64,000 bases of DNA from Pseudomonas phage Pa_WF01, in sequence record OQ848593.1; one strand, written 5' to 3'. The translations under genes were made by a program, and so were the position numbers. The stretch's first letter is position 1; the number at the start of each line of letters is the position of its first letter. The notes under the pieces are model-generated. The model made no database searches. It was not told the DNA's origin and saw only the letters and a list, made by a program, of their open reading frames with translations. Shown one piece after another: positions 36,866-53,877 of the stretch.

Positions 36866-37516
36866 CTACTCCTTACCTTGGATGTAGAAGTGGATGTCCT
36901 TCCAGGAATCCTTGAAGGTCTTGAACTTGACTGGTGCTACGAAGGTCAAGCCAGTGGTCAGGTTGGTAGTAACACCGGTGAACAAACCAGTAGCCTCAGC
37001 CCAATAGACCTCCAGTCTGAAGTTCCTTACCTGATCACGTTGGGTCAGTACTCCAAGGTTCTCCTTCAGTAGCAGAGGAGCCTTGACCCAATCCCTTGCA
37101 TCACGGAAGACAGGATCGAAGTCTGCATCCATGAAGGTACTCTCCATTCTGAGTGTCGTACCTCGGATGGTACCTACCCAGTAGAACAAGCCATCCTTCT
37201 TAACGATATCAGCCTGCTTACGAGAACCACGACTGGCAACCCTGCACAGGAAACTCTCCCTGTTCTCTTCAGTAGAGGTAGCCTTAAGCTTGTCCTCCAG
37301 TTCTTTTACCTTGGCTTCCAGTTCAGCTATCTTCTTCTCTGCTGGGTTGTTAGGTACTACATCAAACAGTTCAGCGTACTCAGCCAGCTTGACGTAAACC
37401 AAGCCAGTGTTGTCATCTCCTGCATTGTTGATGTACTCATGCCAGGAGATACCAAGGTCGATCTCTACCAGTTCTTGCCCTGGTAGTTTGATGTTCAGTA
37501 CTGCTTTGTTGTTCAT
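36866..37516 (-). CDS. Hypothetical protein (216 aa). An ssDNA-binding or recombination role is speculative.
   Basis: ATG at 37516 with a weak SD. The track ORF extends upstream through the repeat cluster. Confidence 0.5.
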   Translation of the reverse strand: MNNKAVLNIKLPGQELVEIDLGISWHEYINNAGDDNTGLVYVKLAEYAELFDVVPNNPAEKKIAELEAKVKELEDKLKATSTEENRESFLCRVASRGSRKQADIVKKDGLFYWVGTIRGTTLRMESTFMDADFDPVFRDARDWVKAPLLLKENLGVLTQRDQVRNFRLEVYWAEATGLFTGVTTNLTTGLTFVAPVKFKTFKDSWKDIHFYIQGKE

Positions 37517-37532
37517 TGAGTCTAAGCCTCGC

Positions 37533-37620
37533 GCGCGTTGAGGTGGGGAGTAGGGAAGCCTCGCGCCTGCGGCCCGAGTCAACCCCGAGCGGAGCGAGGG
37601 GTTGACGAGGGTAATTCCTC
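37533..37620. repeat. Hairpin and repeat cluster just upstream of the 36866-37516 gene.
   Basis: Direct repeat AAGCCTCGCGC twice; hairpin GTCAACCCC-GAGCGGAGCGAG-GGGTTGAC; hairpin ACGAGG-gtaatt-CCTCGT. The loop carries a degenerate GAGCGCAGCGAGG-like motif (CGAGCGGAGCGAGG). Confidence 0.6.
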
Positions 37621-37672
37621 GTGGTACCCTTGGTATTACTCACCCACGGGGGATTACCTATATATTATATAG

Positions 37673-37696
37673 GGGGGAGAAGGAGGCTTACGGGCC
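37673..37696. terminator. Hairpin GGAGGC-ttacgg-GCCTCC with T6 on the plus strand and A-rich on the other side. It is probably a bidirectional terminator ending minus-strand transcription after the stop at 37718. An AT-rich near-palindrome CCTATATATTATATAGG lies adjacent at 37651-37667.
   Basis: 6-bp GC-rich stem; TTTTTT at 37691-37696; 22 nt downstream of the minus-strand stop at 37718. Confidence 0.5.
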
Positions 37697-37717
37697 TCCT
37701 TTTTTGTGCCTGGAATA

Positions 37718-38026
37718 CTACCGTTGGTCGGGAAGATGACCGATGGTTACACCCGGTGGGTACCGGAAGGTAGGGGTGCTTTGCTTCTTCAACCGGGCTA
37801 CCTCCTGCTCCAGATCGTGGATCTTCTTCTTGAGGATGGCTTCCTCGGTGGCAGGAAACTGGGCAGTGATGGACACCTGTGCCGCGAGCAACTCCTGTAG
37901 GTAGCTGTACTGGGCTGACGATGCCATCGCCTGCCAGAGTTCAGGTGCCAAGGAAGAGTCGATGTAGAAGGTCTGTCCCTGGATGGTCAAGACGAACCGC
38001 ATCATCCCAGTAGTGTTGAGTTCCAT
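37718..38026 (-). CDS. Hypothetical protein (103 aa).
   Basis: ATG at 38026 with SD GGAGG (5-nt spacer). The track ORF extends from an alternative start. Confidence 0.5.
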   Translation of the reverse strand: MELNTTGMMRFVLTIQGQTFYIDSSLAPELWQAMASSAQYSYLQELLAAQVSITAQFPATEEAILKKKIHDLEQEVARLKKQSTPTFRYPPGVTIGHLPDQR

Positions 38027-38277
38027 AGAACCTCCAATGCAAGCATGGCTCCGTACAGGTTCATCGGTACCATGGGTGCGAAGATGATGAAGGCGAAGAC
38101 AGGCTTGTCCCGCCATTCGGGTGAGTACCTGGTCACGTCGATCGCCGTCCATAGCAGGAGGGCGAAGAGGAAGTGCAACAGGTGGAAGAGCCAGAGGTGT
38201 TCCTCGCTTGCTGGCTTGGGTACATACAAGGACCAGACCAGAGCGAAGATCAGGTTGGACACCCAGTCTGCTTTCAT
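38002..38277 (-). CDS. Small membrane protein (91 aa).
   Basis: Hydrophobic helices LIFALVWSLYV, FALLLWTAIDV and AFIIFAPMVPMNLYGAMLAL. Confidence 0.5.
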   Translation of the reverse strand: MKADWVSNLIFALVWSLYVPKPASEEHLWLFHLLHFLFALLLWTAIDVTRYSPEWRDKPVFAFIIFAPMVPMNLYGAMLALEVLWNSTLLG

Positions 38278-38486
38278 TGGTTTGGCCCCGCAGTGAAGAG
38301 TACTCGTGAGTGAGTGACGTTCAGAACAGAGATGCCAGTCTCCCTTCGTATCAGATTGAGGATCTGAGCTACAGTAGAGGAGAAGTCATCCTGTACTTCA
38401 CTGAGTGAGTAGGGGATCTCCACCTTGTGAAGGGAAGTCTTCCCGTTCTTCAGCTTCATCTGTACATGTGCATAGCTGATGTCCAT
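38274..38486 (-). CDS. Hypothetical small protein (70 aa).
   Basis: ATGA/TAATG coupling with its neighbours. Confidence 0.5.
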   Translation of the reverse strand: MDISYAHVQMKLKNGKTSLHKVEIPYSLSEVQDDFSSTVAQILNLIRRETGISVLNVTHSRVLFTAGPNQ

Positions 38487-38917
38487 TACAGCTTACCTTC
38501 CTGGAGTTGGTGGATGCCGTAGCTGTAGAGAAGCTCAGCTACTTTCTCCGACTGCTCGTATCCCTTGTTACGGAGCATCACTGTCATCTCTTCTACCTGC
38601 ACCAGCTTGAGTACACGATCAACCGGGCACTCTGCATAGCAGAGATGGTTGGGGTCTACCAGGGCATGGAAGAGGTCGCCGTCTTCATTGATACTGTGGA
38701 CTGCGATCAGAGGGATGTTCCCCTTCTCGGTGTACTGGATGCACAGACCCATGACGATCACTTGGCTTCCTGCACCGAGGGCCAGTTTTCTTCCAGTGTC
38801 CGGGTTGTGAGTGAGGGTGTCCCTCAAAAGGAATACCTTGGTGCCACACTCCACTCGTGCGTTACGGGACATGAGTTCCCCGTTCACGATGTGGCGGGCA
38901 TAGGGTTCTAGTTGCAT
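38486..38917 (-). CDS. Hypothetical protein (143 aa). It is the first gene of the minus-strand block, divergent from the late operon.
   Basis: High third-position GC; ATG at 38917. Confidence 0.6.
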   Translation of the reverse strand: MQLEPYARHIVNGELMSRNARVECGTKVFLLRDTLTHNPDTGRKLALGAGSQVIVMGLCIQYTEKGNIPLIAVHSINEDGDLFHALVDPNHLCYAECPVDRVLKLVQVEEMTVMLRNKGYEQSEKVAELLYSYGIHQLQEGKL

Positions 38918-38931
38918 GGTTTACTCCTTGG

Positions 38932-38974
38932 TTTGTACGTTGTGTTATCCTCGGCACAACCTATAGACAACCGA
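38932..38974 (+). promoter_or_regulatory. Candidate sigma-70-like late promoter with an inverted repeat (possible operator) upstream of the packaging and structural operon.
   Basis: TTGTGT, then 16 nt, then TATAGA; 6-bp inverted repeat CCTCGG/CCGAGG spanning the spacer. Sits in the divergent 66-bp intergenic region. Confidence 0.3.
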
Positions 38975-38983
38975 GGTACTAAG

Positions 38984-39708
38984 ATGACTACCACCCCCGC
39001 CACTACTGCTCAGCCTGGGATGTTGACGGTAGATGAGTTCCGCTCTGTGCTACCTGACAAGATGAAGAAGTCCATCTCCCCGGAAGTACTGAAGACACTC
39101 AATGACATGCTGTCCGATCCTGACATGGCGGAAGCCTTCAGGGACAACATCATTGGGTACACCCATGTGATGAAGGAAGGTAAGTTCAAGCTGGACAACT
39201 ACCTCCATGCTTCGAAGTACGTGACCTATAAGCTGATGGGGTTGAACAACACCGAGGCTTACACCCGTACCTTCCCCACCAAGATCCAGCGGTGGACCCA
39301 ACAGGGTGTGGCCAACAAGGACATGGCCAGCTACATCACCAGCTACAACAAGTCCAAGCTGGTGAACCTCATCCTGGAGCAGGCGCTGATCCCATGCCAT
39401 GTGCTCAACGCTGACATCAAGCAGAAGGCAATCAACCATCTGTTTCACCTGATGCAGAACGCACAGTCGGAGAAGGTCCAGCAGGAATCGGCCAACAGTC
39501 TGCTCACTCACCTGAAGTCGCCGGAGAAGACTGAACTGAAGATCGATGTCTCTGACCGTGCAGCTGATGCCATCGACATCATGCGGCAGAACGCTGAAGC
39601 ACTGGCCCGTCTCCAGCAGGAGATGATCGCAGGCAAGCAGATGTCGGCGAAGGATGTGGCTGAACGCAGCATGGACTTCGGTGAAGTCATCGAAGGGGAG
39701 CTTGCCTA

Positions 39709-39709
<1 letters not shown>
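38984..39709 (+). CDS. Putative terminase small subunit (241 aa).
   Basis: Immediately upstream of the terminase large subunit with a TAATG overlap. SD GAGGT before the ATG at 38984. The call rests on synteny only. Confidence 0.45.
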
Positions 39710-42092
<2,383 letters not shown>

Positions 42093-42096
42093 GGGT

Positions 42097-42126
42097 GAGG
42101 GGACCAGGACGGTCCCCTCTTTTTTT
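42097..42126 (+). terminator. Rho-independent terminator after the packaging genes.
   Basis: GAGGGGACC-aggac-GGTCCCCTC followed by TTTTTTT. Confidence 0.8.
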
Positions 42127-42424
42127 ATGCCTGGATTTCCTTGAAGCGGACAGCGCCGAAGTCGGCAGACCAGCCTTCGATGGAACCTTCTTCGTTGACG
42201 AAGATCCATTCGCCGGCCTTCACGTCCAGGGTGGCACCCTCGTTGAAGTTGCTGAGGGAGTAGACACGTTCGCCATCAGCGTTGTCGCCGAAGGCTGCCG
42301 TGATGAAGGGGAAGGTGCTGAGCATTTCTTGCAGAGCCTGGACGTTCTGCTCGTGGTCTTCACTTACCTGCCAGCCCTTGAACTTGAGGGGCTTGGCGTG
42401 TTCGTACTCTTTGATCAGTTGCAT
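42125..42424 (-). CDS. Hypothetical protein (99 aa), co-oriented with the dUTPase gene.
   Basis: High third-position GC; 3-nt gap to the dut stop. Confidence 0.55.
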   Translation of the reverse strand: MQLIKEYEHAKPLKFKGWQVSEDHEQNVQALQEMLSTFPFITAAFGDNADGERVYSLSNFNEGATLDVKAGEWIFVNEEGSIEGWSADFGAVRFKEIQA

Positions 42425-42427
42425 GGG

Positions 42428-42847
42428 TTATTCCCCAGTAGAGCCGAAGCCGCCTTCACCACGATTGGTTTCGGACAGTTCTTCGACGAGTTGAAGTTCG
42501 GGTGTAGCCACCGGAACGATGAGCATCTGAAGCACACGGTTACCGGCTTCCCAGTGGAATGGTTCGCGGTCGGTGGAGACTACAGCTACCCACTCCCCAC
42601 GATAGTCGGAGTCGATCACTCCGCAGGTGTTACGCAGGCGAAGACCTGCTTTACTTCCCGTACCCGAGCGAGGCAGCAGTAAGGCTACATGCCCTTCCGG
42701 TACAGCAGCAGAGAAGCCCAGCTTTACCTTGGTTGGTTGGTTTGGGTAAGCCACACCACCTTCCGGCATGAAGATGTCGTACCCGCCTGCGGTATCACTG
42801 GCACGCACGGGCATGGTAAAGTTCGGACTCAGTTGTTTAATTTCCAA
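42428..42847 (-). CDS. dut: dUTPase (139 aa, TTG start).
   Basis: Motifs AGGYDIF, RSGTGSK, GVIDSDYRGE and GGFGSTG. SD GAGGT 8 nt before the TTG at 42847. Confidence 0.85.
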   Translation of the reverse strand: MEIKQLSPNFTMPVRASDTAGGYDIFMPEGGVAYPNQPTKVKLGFSAAVPEGHVALLLPRSGTGSKAGLRLRNTCGVIDSDYRGEWVAVVSTDREPFHWEAGNRVLQMLIVPVATPELQLVEELSETNRGEGGFGSTGE

Positions 42848-42869
42848 GATTCTTACCTCATTGGTTTGA

Positions 42870-45062
<2,193 letters not shown>

Positions 45063-45131
45063 TTAACTTCTCTATAGTTGGTTCACCTTTACGGTGAACC
45101 AACACCCCTTTACTTGACAGGATTTGCAAAG

Positions 45132-45470
45132 ATGAACGAAGAACACGCTATTCAGATCACCCGGAAGAACGCTGAGAAGTTCGTCCGGTTGCGTGACGCA
45201 ATGCTGCGTTTGCACAAGAACCGGGACTTCCAGGCGCTGATCCTCAACGACTTCCTCAAGGACAACGCTGCACGTCTGGTCCTGCTCAAGGCGGACAAGA
45301 ACATGGAATCCCCCGAGATGCAGGCTCGCATCATCCGTGAGATCGATGCGGTCGGCGCTCTGCACACCTACTTCCAGCTGATCGGCGTACGTGGCGACGA
45401 AGCTGAACAGGCCATCAAGGACTGTGACGCTGAACTCGAACGTGTCCGTGAAGAGGAGGATGAAGAGTAA
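45132..45470 (+). CDS. Hypothetical protein (112 aa, N4 gp58 position).
   Basis: ATG at 45132. A 10-bp-stem hairpin TTGGTTCACC-tttac-GGTGAACCAA at 45081-45105 precedes it. Confidence 0.5.
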   Translation: MNEEHAIQITRKNAEKFVRLRDAMLRLHKNRDFQALILNDFLKDNAARLVLLKADKNMESPEMQARIIREIDAVGALHTYFQLIGVRGDEAEQAIKDCDAELERVREEEDEE

Positions 45471-46660
45471 TGGCTGACTTCCTCGAAATGAGTGACGACG
45501 ATCTGCCCGAGTTCTACGAAGTAGAAGAGCAGACTCGCTCCGAGCAAGAAGAACCCGAGCAGGAACAACTGGACGACGAGCAAGTTGAAGACGCCGGCCA
45601 GGAAGAAGAGCCTGCTGACGAAGAGCAGGAAGAAGAACAGAAGGAGGAACAAGATCCTCTCAACTCGCCGGACGATGAACTCGGCGATCTTCCTGCGGAA
45701 GAGAAACCGACTGAAGAAAAGTCGGGGCAGGAAGAAGAAGACGGCGACAAGGAAGAGTCGGAAGATACTCCGGCTGAAGAAGAACCTGAATCCAAGAAGT
45801 CCGAGGCTACCAAGCAAGAGGTAGATCCTGCTGACTTCATGGCGAAGATCACTGCACCGTTCAAAGCGAATGGCCGTGATCTCCAGGTCAAGACGCCGGA
45901 AGAGGCTATCCGTCTGATGCAGATGGGTGCCAACTACAACCACAAGATGTCCGCGCTCAAGCCTAACTTGCACATGATGCGTCAACTGGATGAAGCTGGT
46001 TTGCTGAACCCGGAGACTATCGCCAATGTGGTTGATCTTCTCAAACACAAGAAACCTGAAGCCATCGCTAAGTTGGCTAAAGATGCCGGTGTAGATCCGC
46101 TCGACTTGGATGAGAAGAGTGTTGCGGATTACAAACCGACTGCTGTACCATTCAACCAAGTTCGTGAGGCACTGGACGAACAACTCGATTCCATCGAGCA
46201 CAGTCCATCCTACAACCGAGTGGTTACTACGCTGGGCAAGTTGGATAAAACTTCTCAGAAGTTGGTTTCCGAACATCCTCAAGTCATCGGCTACTTCGAA
46301 CAGCACATGACCAATGGGGTATTCGACCGAATCGACTCCGAGATCCAGCGCCGTAAGGCATTCGGCACGATCACTGATAGTACCCCGTACCTGCACGCAT
46401 ATAAGGCGGTTGGGGATGAGCTTCAGGCTCAAGGTGCATTCGACGATTTGGCTCAAGCCTCGGCCACTGAAAGCCAACGTAAAGCACCCGCTGAACCGGT
46501 GAAGCGAGTCACCACCCGCACCAAGGCACAGGAAGCGGCTGTGAAAGAAAAACGTCGGGCTGCTGCTCCGACCAAAACTGTAGCTGGAAAGGCTAAGCCC
46601 GCCCAGTTCGATCCCCTAGCGATGTCGGACGAAGAGTTCGAGAAGCTGGGCTTCAACTAA
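45470..46660 (+). CDS. Putative scaffolding protein (396 aa) with a highly acidic low-complexity N-terminus.
   Basis: TAATG coupling; roughly 130 aa Glu/Asp-rich region; immediately upstream of the major capsid gene. Confidence 0.5.
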   Translation: MADFLEMSDDDLPEFYEVEEQTRSEQEEPEQEQLDDEQVEDAGQEEEPADEEQEEEQKEEQDPLNSPDDELGDLPAEEKPTEEKSGQEEEDGDKEESEDTPAEEEPESKKSEATKQEVDPADFMAKITAPFKANGRDLQVKTPEEAIRLMQMGANYNHKMSALKPNLHMMRQLDEAGLLNPETIANVVDLLKHKKPEAIAKLAKDAGVDPLDLDEKSVADYKPTAVPFNQVREALDEQLDSIEHSPSYNRVVTTLGKLDKTSQKLVSEHPQVIGYFEQHMTNGVFDRIDSEIQRRKAFGTITDSTPYLHAYKAVGDELQAQGAFDDLAQASATESQRKAPAEPVKRVTTRTKAQEAAVKEKRRAAAPTKTVAGKAKPAQFDPLAMSDEEFEKLGFN

Positions 46661-46694
46661 GCAATCCCTGAAACTGGAATAAGGAAAACATCTC

Positions 46695-47894
46695 ATGGCC
46701 GGTCCTGTAGATAACATCAAGCCGATGAAGTACAACGACCCCGCGAACGGGGTAGAGTCTTCCATCGGTCCTCAGATCCATACTCGCTACTGGTACAAGC
46801 GTGCGCTCATCGACGCCGCCAAGGAAGCCTACTTCGGTCAGCTGGCCGATACCTTCTCGATGCCGAAGAACTACGGCAAAGAGATCGTGCGACTGCACTA
46901 CATCCCGCTGCTCGACGACCGCAACGTGAACGACCAGGGCATCGACGCTTCCGGCGCTACCATCGCCAACGGCAACCTCTACGGTTCGAGCCGTGACGTG
47001 GGCAACATCACTGCGAAAATGCCGACCCTCACCGAGATCGGCGGTCGTGTGAACCGTGTTGGTTTCAAGCGTGTCGAGATCAAGGGCAAGCTGGAGAAGT
47101 ACGGCTTCTTCCGCGAGTACACCCAAGAGCAACTCGACTTCGACAGCGACCCGGCGATGGAAGGTCACGTCACCACCGAAATGGTGAAGGGCGCGAACGA
47201 GATCACCGAAGACCTGCTCCAGATCGACCTGCTCAACTCGGCCGGCACCGTCCGTTATCCGGGCGCTGCAACCTCCGACGCTGAAGTCGACTCCACCACC
47301 GAGGTCACCTACGACTCGCTGATGCGTCTGCGTCTGGACCTGGACAACGCGCGTGCTCCGACCAAGATCAAGATGATCACCGGTACCCGCATGATCGACA
47401 CCCGCACCGTGGGTAACGCTCGTGCTCTGTACGTGGGTTCGGATCTGGTTCCGACCATCGAAGCCATGAAGGACAACCACGGCAACCCGGCCTTCATCCC
47501 CATCGAGAAGTACGCTGCCGGTGGTGCCACTATGCACGGCGAAGTCGGCCAGCTGGGTCGCTTCCGTGTCATCGTCAACCCGCAGATGATGCACTGGGCC
47601 GGCGTCGGCAAAGCCGTGGACCCGAACGACCAGGTTCCGATGCACGAGTCGGGCGGCAAGTACAGCGTCTTCCCGATGCTGTGTGTGGCTTCCGAGGCGT
47701 TCACCACTGTCGGTTTCGCTACCGATGGCAAGAACGTCAAGTTCAAGATCATCACCAAGCGTCCTGGCGAAGCCACTGCCGACCGCAGTGACCCGTACGG
47801 CGAGATGGGCTTCATGTCCATCAAGTGGTACTACGGCTTCATGGTGTTCCGCCCCGAGTGGATCGCCCTGCTGAAGACCGTGGCACGCCTGTAA
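46695..47894 (+). CDS. Major capsid protein (399 aa, N4 gp56-like).
   Basis: Size matches N4 MCP. Very high third-position GC and codon bias consistent with strong expression. A hairpin attenuator follows. Position matches the N4 order. Confidence 0.7.
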   Translation: MAGPVDNIKPMKYNDPANGVESSIGPQIHTRYWYKRALIDAAKEAYFGQLADTFSMPKNYGKEIVRLHYIPLLDDRNVNDQGIDASGATIANGNLYGSSRDVGNITAKMPTLTEIGGRVNRVGFKRVEIKGKLEKYGFFREYTQEQLDFDSDPAMEGHVTTEMVKGANEITEDLLQIDLLNSAGTVRYPGAATSDAEVDSTTEVTYDSLMRLRLDLDNARAPTKIKMITGTRMIDTRTVGNARALYVGSDLVPTIEAMKDNHGNPAFIPIEKYAAGGATMHGEVGQLGRFRVIVNPQMMHWAGVGKAVDPNDQVPMHESGGKYSVFPMLCVASEAFTTVGFATDGKNVKFKIITKRPGEATADRSDPYGEMGFMSIKWYYGFMVFRPEWIALLKTVARL

Positions 47895-47902
47895 CTAGGC
47901 AT

Positions 47903-47935
47903 GGGGGAGGGTAACCTCCCCCTCTTAACTCTTAC
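47903..47935 (+). terminator. Putative partial terminator or attenuator after the capsid gene.
   Basis: GGGGGAGG-gtaa-CCTCCCCC followed by TCTTAACTCTT (weak U tract). Confidence 0.4.
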
Positions 47936-47950
47936 CCTGGAGAATCACCC

Positions 47951-48616
47951 ATGTCCCTCGACGAACTGCAAAACCTGAGTGAAGCACCGCTGGAATCCCC
48001 GGATACCCGTTCCGAGTTGGAAGTCCTGCAAGAAAAAGCTACTGCCCTGGGCATCTCTTTCCGCTCCAATACCGGCGTGGAAAAGCTGCGTGAAAAGATC
48101 AATGCCGTCCTGAACGACGAAGCTGTCGGCGACGAGGAAGAAGACGAAGCCACCGAAGCTACCTCGTCCATCCCGAAGCCGTCCGCCGAAGCTGGTGCAG
48201 CTGCCCTCAAGGCCGCCGAAGCACCGCGTCCGAAGACCGAAGGTGAACTGCGTCGTGATCGCCGGCTGGCTGCGCATCGTCTGATCCGCTGCCGCATCAC
48301 CTGCCACAACCCGAACAAGAACGACTGGGATGCCGAGTACTTCAGCATCGGCAACGACGAGATCGGTACGATCCGCCGTCTGGTTCCGTACGAGGTGGAC
48401 TGGCATGTGCCGGAAGCCCTGCTGAACTTCATCAAGTCCAAGCAGTACCAGCACTTCTACACGGTTACCGAGCAGACCCCGATGGGTCCGCAGAAGGTAC
48501 GCCGGTCGAAGTCGGTACGTGAATTCTCCGTGGAGATCCTGCCGCAGCTGAGCGAGGATGAACTCGAATCCCTCCGCAAGCAGCAGGCAGTCAACGGTTC
48601 CTTCAAGGAGGACTAA
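47951..48616 (+). CDS. Virion protein (221 aa, N4 gp55 position).
   Basis: High third-position GC; lies in the structural operon. Confidence 0.6.
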   Translation: MSLDELQNLSEAPLESPDTRSELEVLQEKATALGISFRSNTGVEKLREKINAVLNDEAVGDEEEDEATEATSSIPKPSAEAGAAALKAAEAPRPKTEGELRRDRRLAAHRLIRCRITCHNPNKNDWDAEYFSIGNDEIGTIRRLVPYEVDWHVPEALLNFIKSKQYQHFYTVTEQTPMGPQKVRRSKSVREFSVEILPQLSEDELESLRKQQAVNGSFKED

Positions 48617-52311
<3,695 letters not shown>

Positions 52312-52312
<1 letters not shown>

Positions 52313-53877
52313 TGGCCCAAGAGATCACTTGGCGTAATATTGGTGCAACGGTAAGTCCTGGCAGTGCATCTTCGATGTCTGCTGGGACTACCGGTGTCCA
52401 ACAAGCACTTGGTGCACTGGGTGACATCATCTCCCGTCAACAGGAGATGAACGTCAACAATGCCAAGTTGCAGCGTGAAGCCAACACGCAAAGCTATCTG
52501 GACCAGGTGGCAGCATCCACCCTGGAACAACTCAGCAACGCAGACTATCGCAGTGGCTTGGAGGCCCAACGTGATGCGATGGGGATGAACCTGGATCGTG
52601 CTGCTACCCGAGATGCGATCACCAAGCAGATCAGTGCTCAGCAGAACCAAGCGGCTGCTACTCAGAAGTTCGACGATATGCAGGCTGAAGTAGGTCAACG
52701 TGGCATCGTAGACCAGCTTCGTACCCTGGCAGCTGAAGGTCGTGCTGGCGAAGTCAACCAGATCTTGGCTGAGCAACAGCTGATCAACGAGGGCGAGATC
52801 CGCAAGGAACTCACCGGTGTGCAGGATGCTATCCAGAATCGGCAGTACCGGGCAGCTGGTGAACAGCGTGCACAGGCAGCGGCCAACCGGGCAGCTGAAG
52901 CACACTCCCTCTCCATGGCTGCTGGTCGGGAGAACCTGGCTTTCACTCGTGAGCAGCGTGATGAACTACGCCGTGATCGAGATGAGGCGAAGCTGGTTTC
53001 GGGAACCATCGCTACTACCTTCCAGGACTACGACGAGTCTCGGCAGGCACAGAGCGAGATCATGCGGATCGTGGGCAAGGAAGTCGGTATGCCTACCGAT
53101 GACCAGGGCATGCCCGACATGAGCCGTGCTTCGCAAGACCAACTTGATGCCTTCAGCAATGCGCTGAACGAAGCTGGTGTGCAAGCCAATACCTCTGCTA
53201 CCGAGCGGCGGAATGCTGCACTCAAGTCTCTCGTGGATGCCGGGGTAAGTTCGAAGGGTATCGCTCAGGCCAAGCAAGAGATGGAACTCCGAGAATCCCT
53301 GGAGGGTCTGGCTCCGCAAGATCGCACGAAGGTTGAAGCAACCATCGGTGCGGTTAACGCAGAACTGGATACCCTGCAACGGACGGCTACCGAGGACTAC
53401 GAACGGGAAGTTGCACGCAACCCGTTTGTCGAGCCTGACAAGGATCCGCTGGGTTCGGTCAACAAGATCGTAGACAAGGCTGTGAAGTCTGGTTTCGGCT
53501 GGGAAGGTGACCGCCAGGATCTGAACAACATGCTCGTGGACTTCGCCACCAACGGCATCAAGCTACCGGACGGACGTACTGCTGTGGTTCCGTCGAAGCT
53601 GTTGGAACAGGCGTTCAATACCACGAACACTTGGCTGTTCAAGAATGCCAGTGACGTGGAGAAACGGATCATCGAACTCATGACCACTGATGGCATGACT
53701 CAGATGCGAGAAGACGCTCCGACCATTCGGGAAAACTTCCTGAAAACCGTGTCGGACATCGCCAACCAAAAACGGTCGAATGCCGTTAAGGTAACTCGCT
53801 CGGCAGAACGGGAAAAGGGTGTTACCATGGACCCGACCGATGATCTAACTTTTGCACTACGAGGGAGGAAACGATAG
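52312..53877 (+). CDS. Virion protein (521 aa, N4 gp51 position).
   Basis: TAATG coupling on both sides; coiled-coil rich. Confidence 0.6.

Noticed and set aside
45081-45116. The hairpin TTGGTTCACC-tttac-GGTGAACCAA and a perfect TTGACA hexamer after the portal gene, considered as a terminator and promoter.
   Set aside because: The hairpin lacks a U tract, so it is at best an attenuator or RNA processing site. No suitably spaced -10 element follows the TTGACA.
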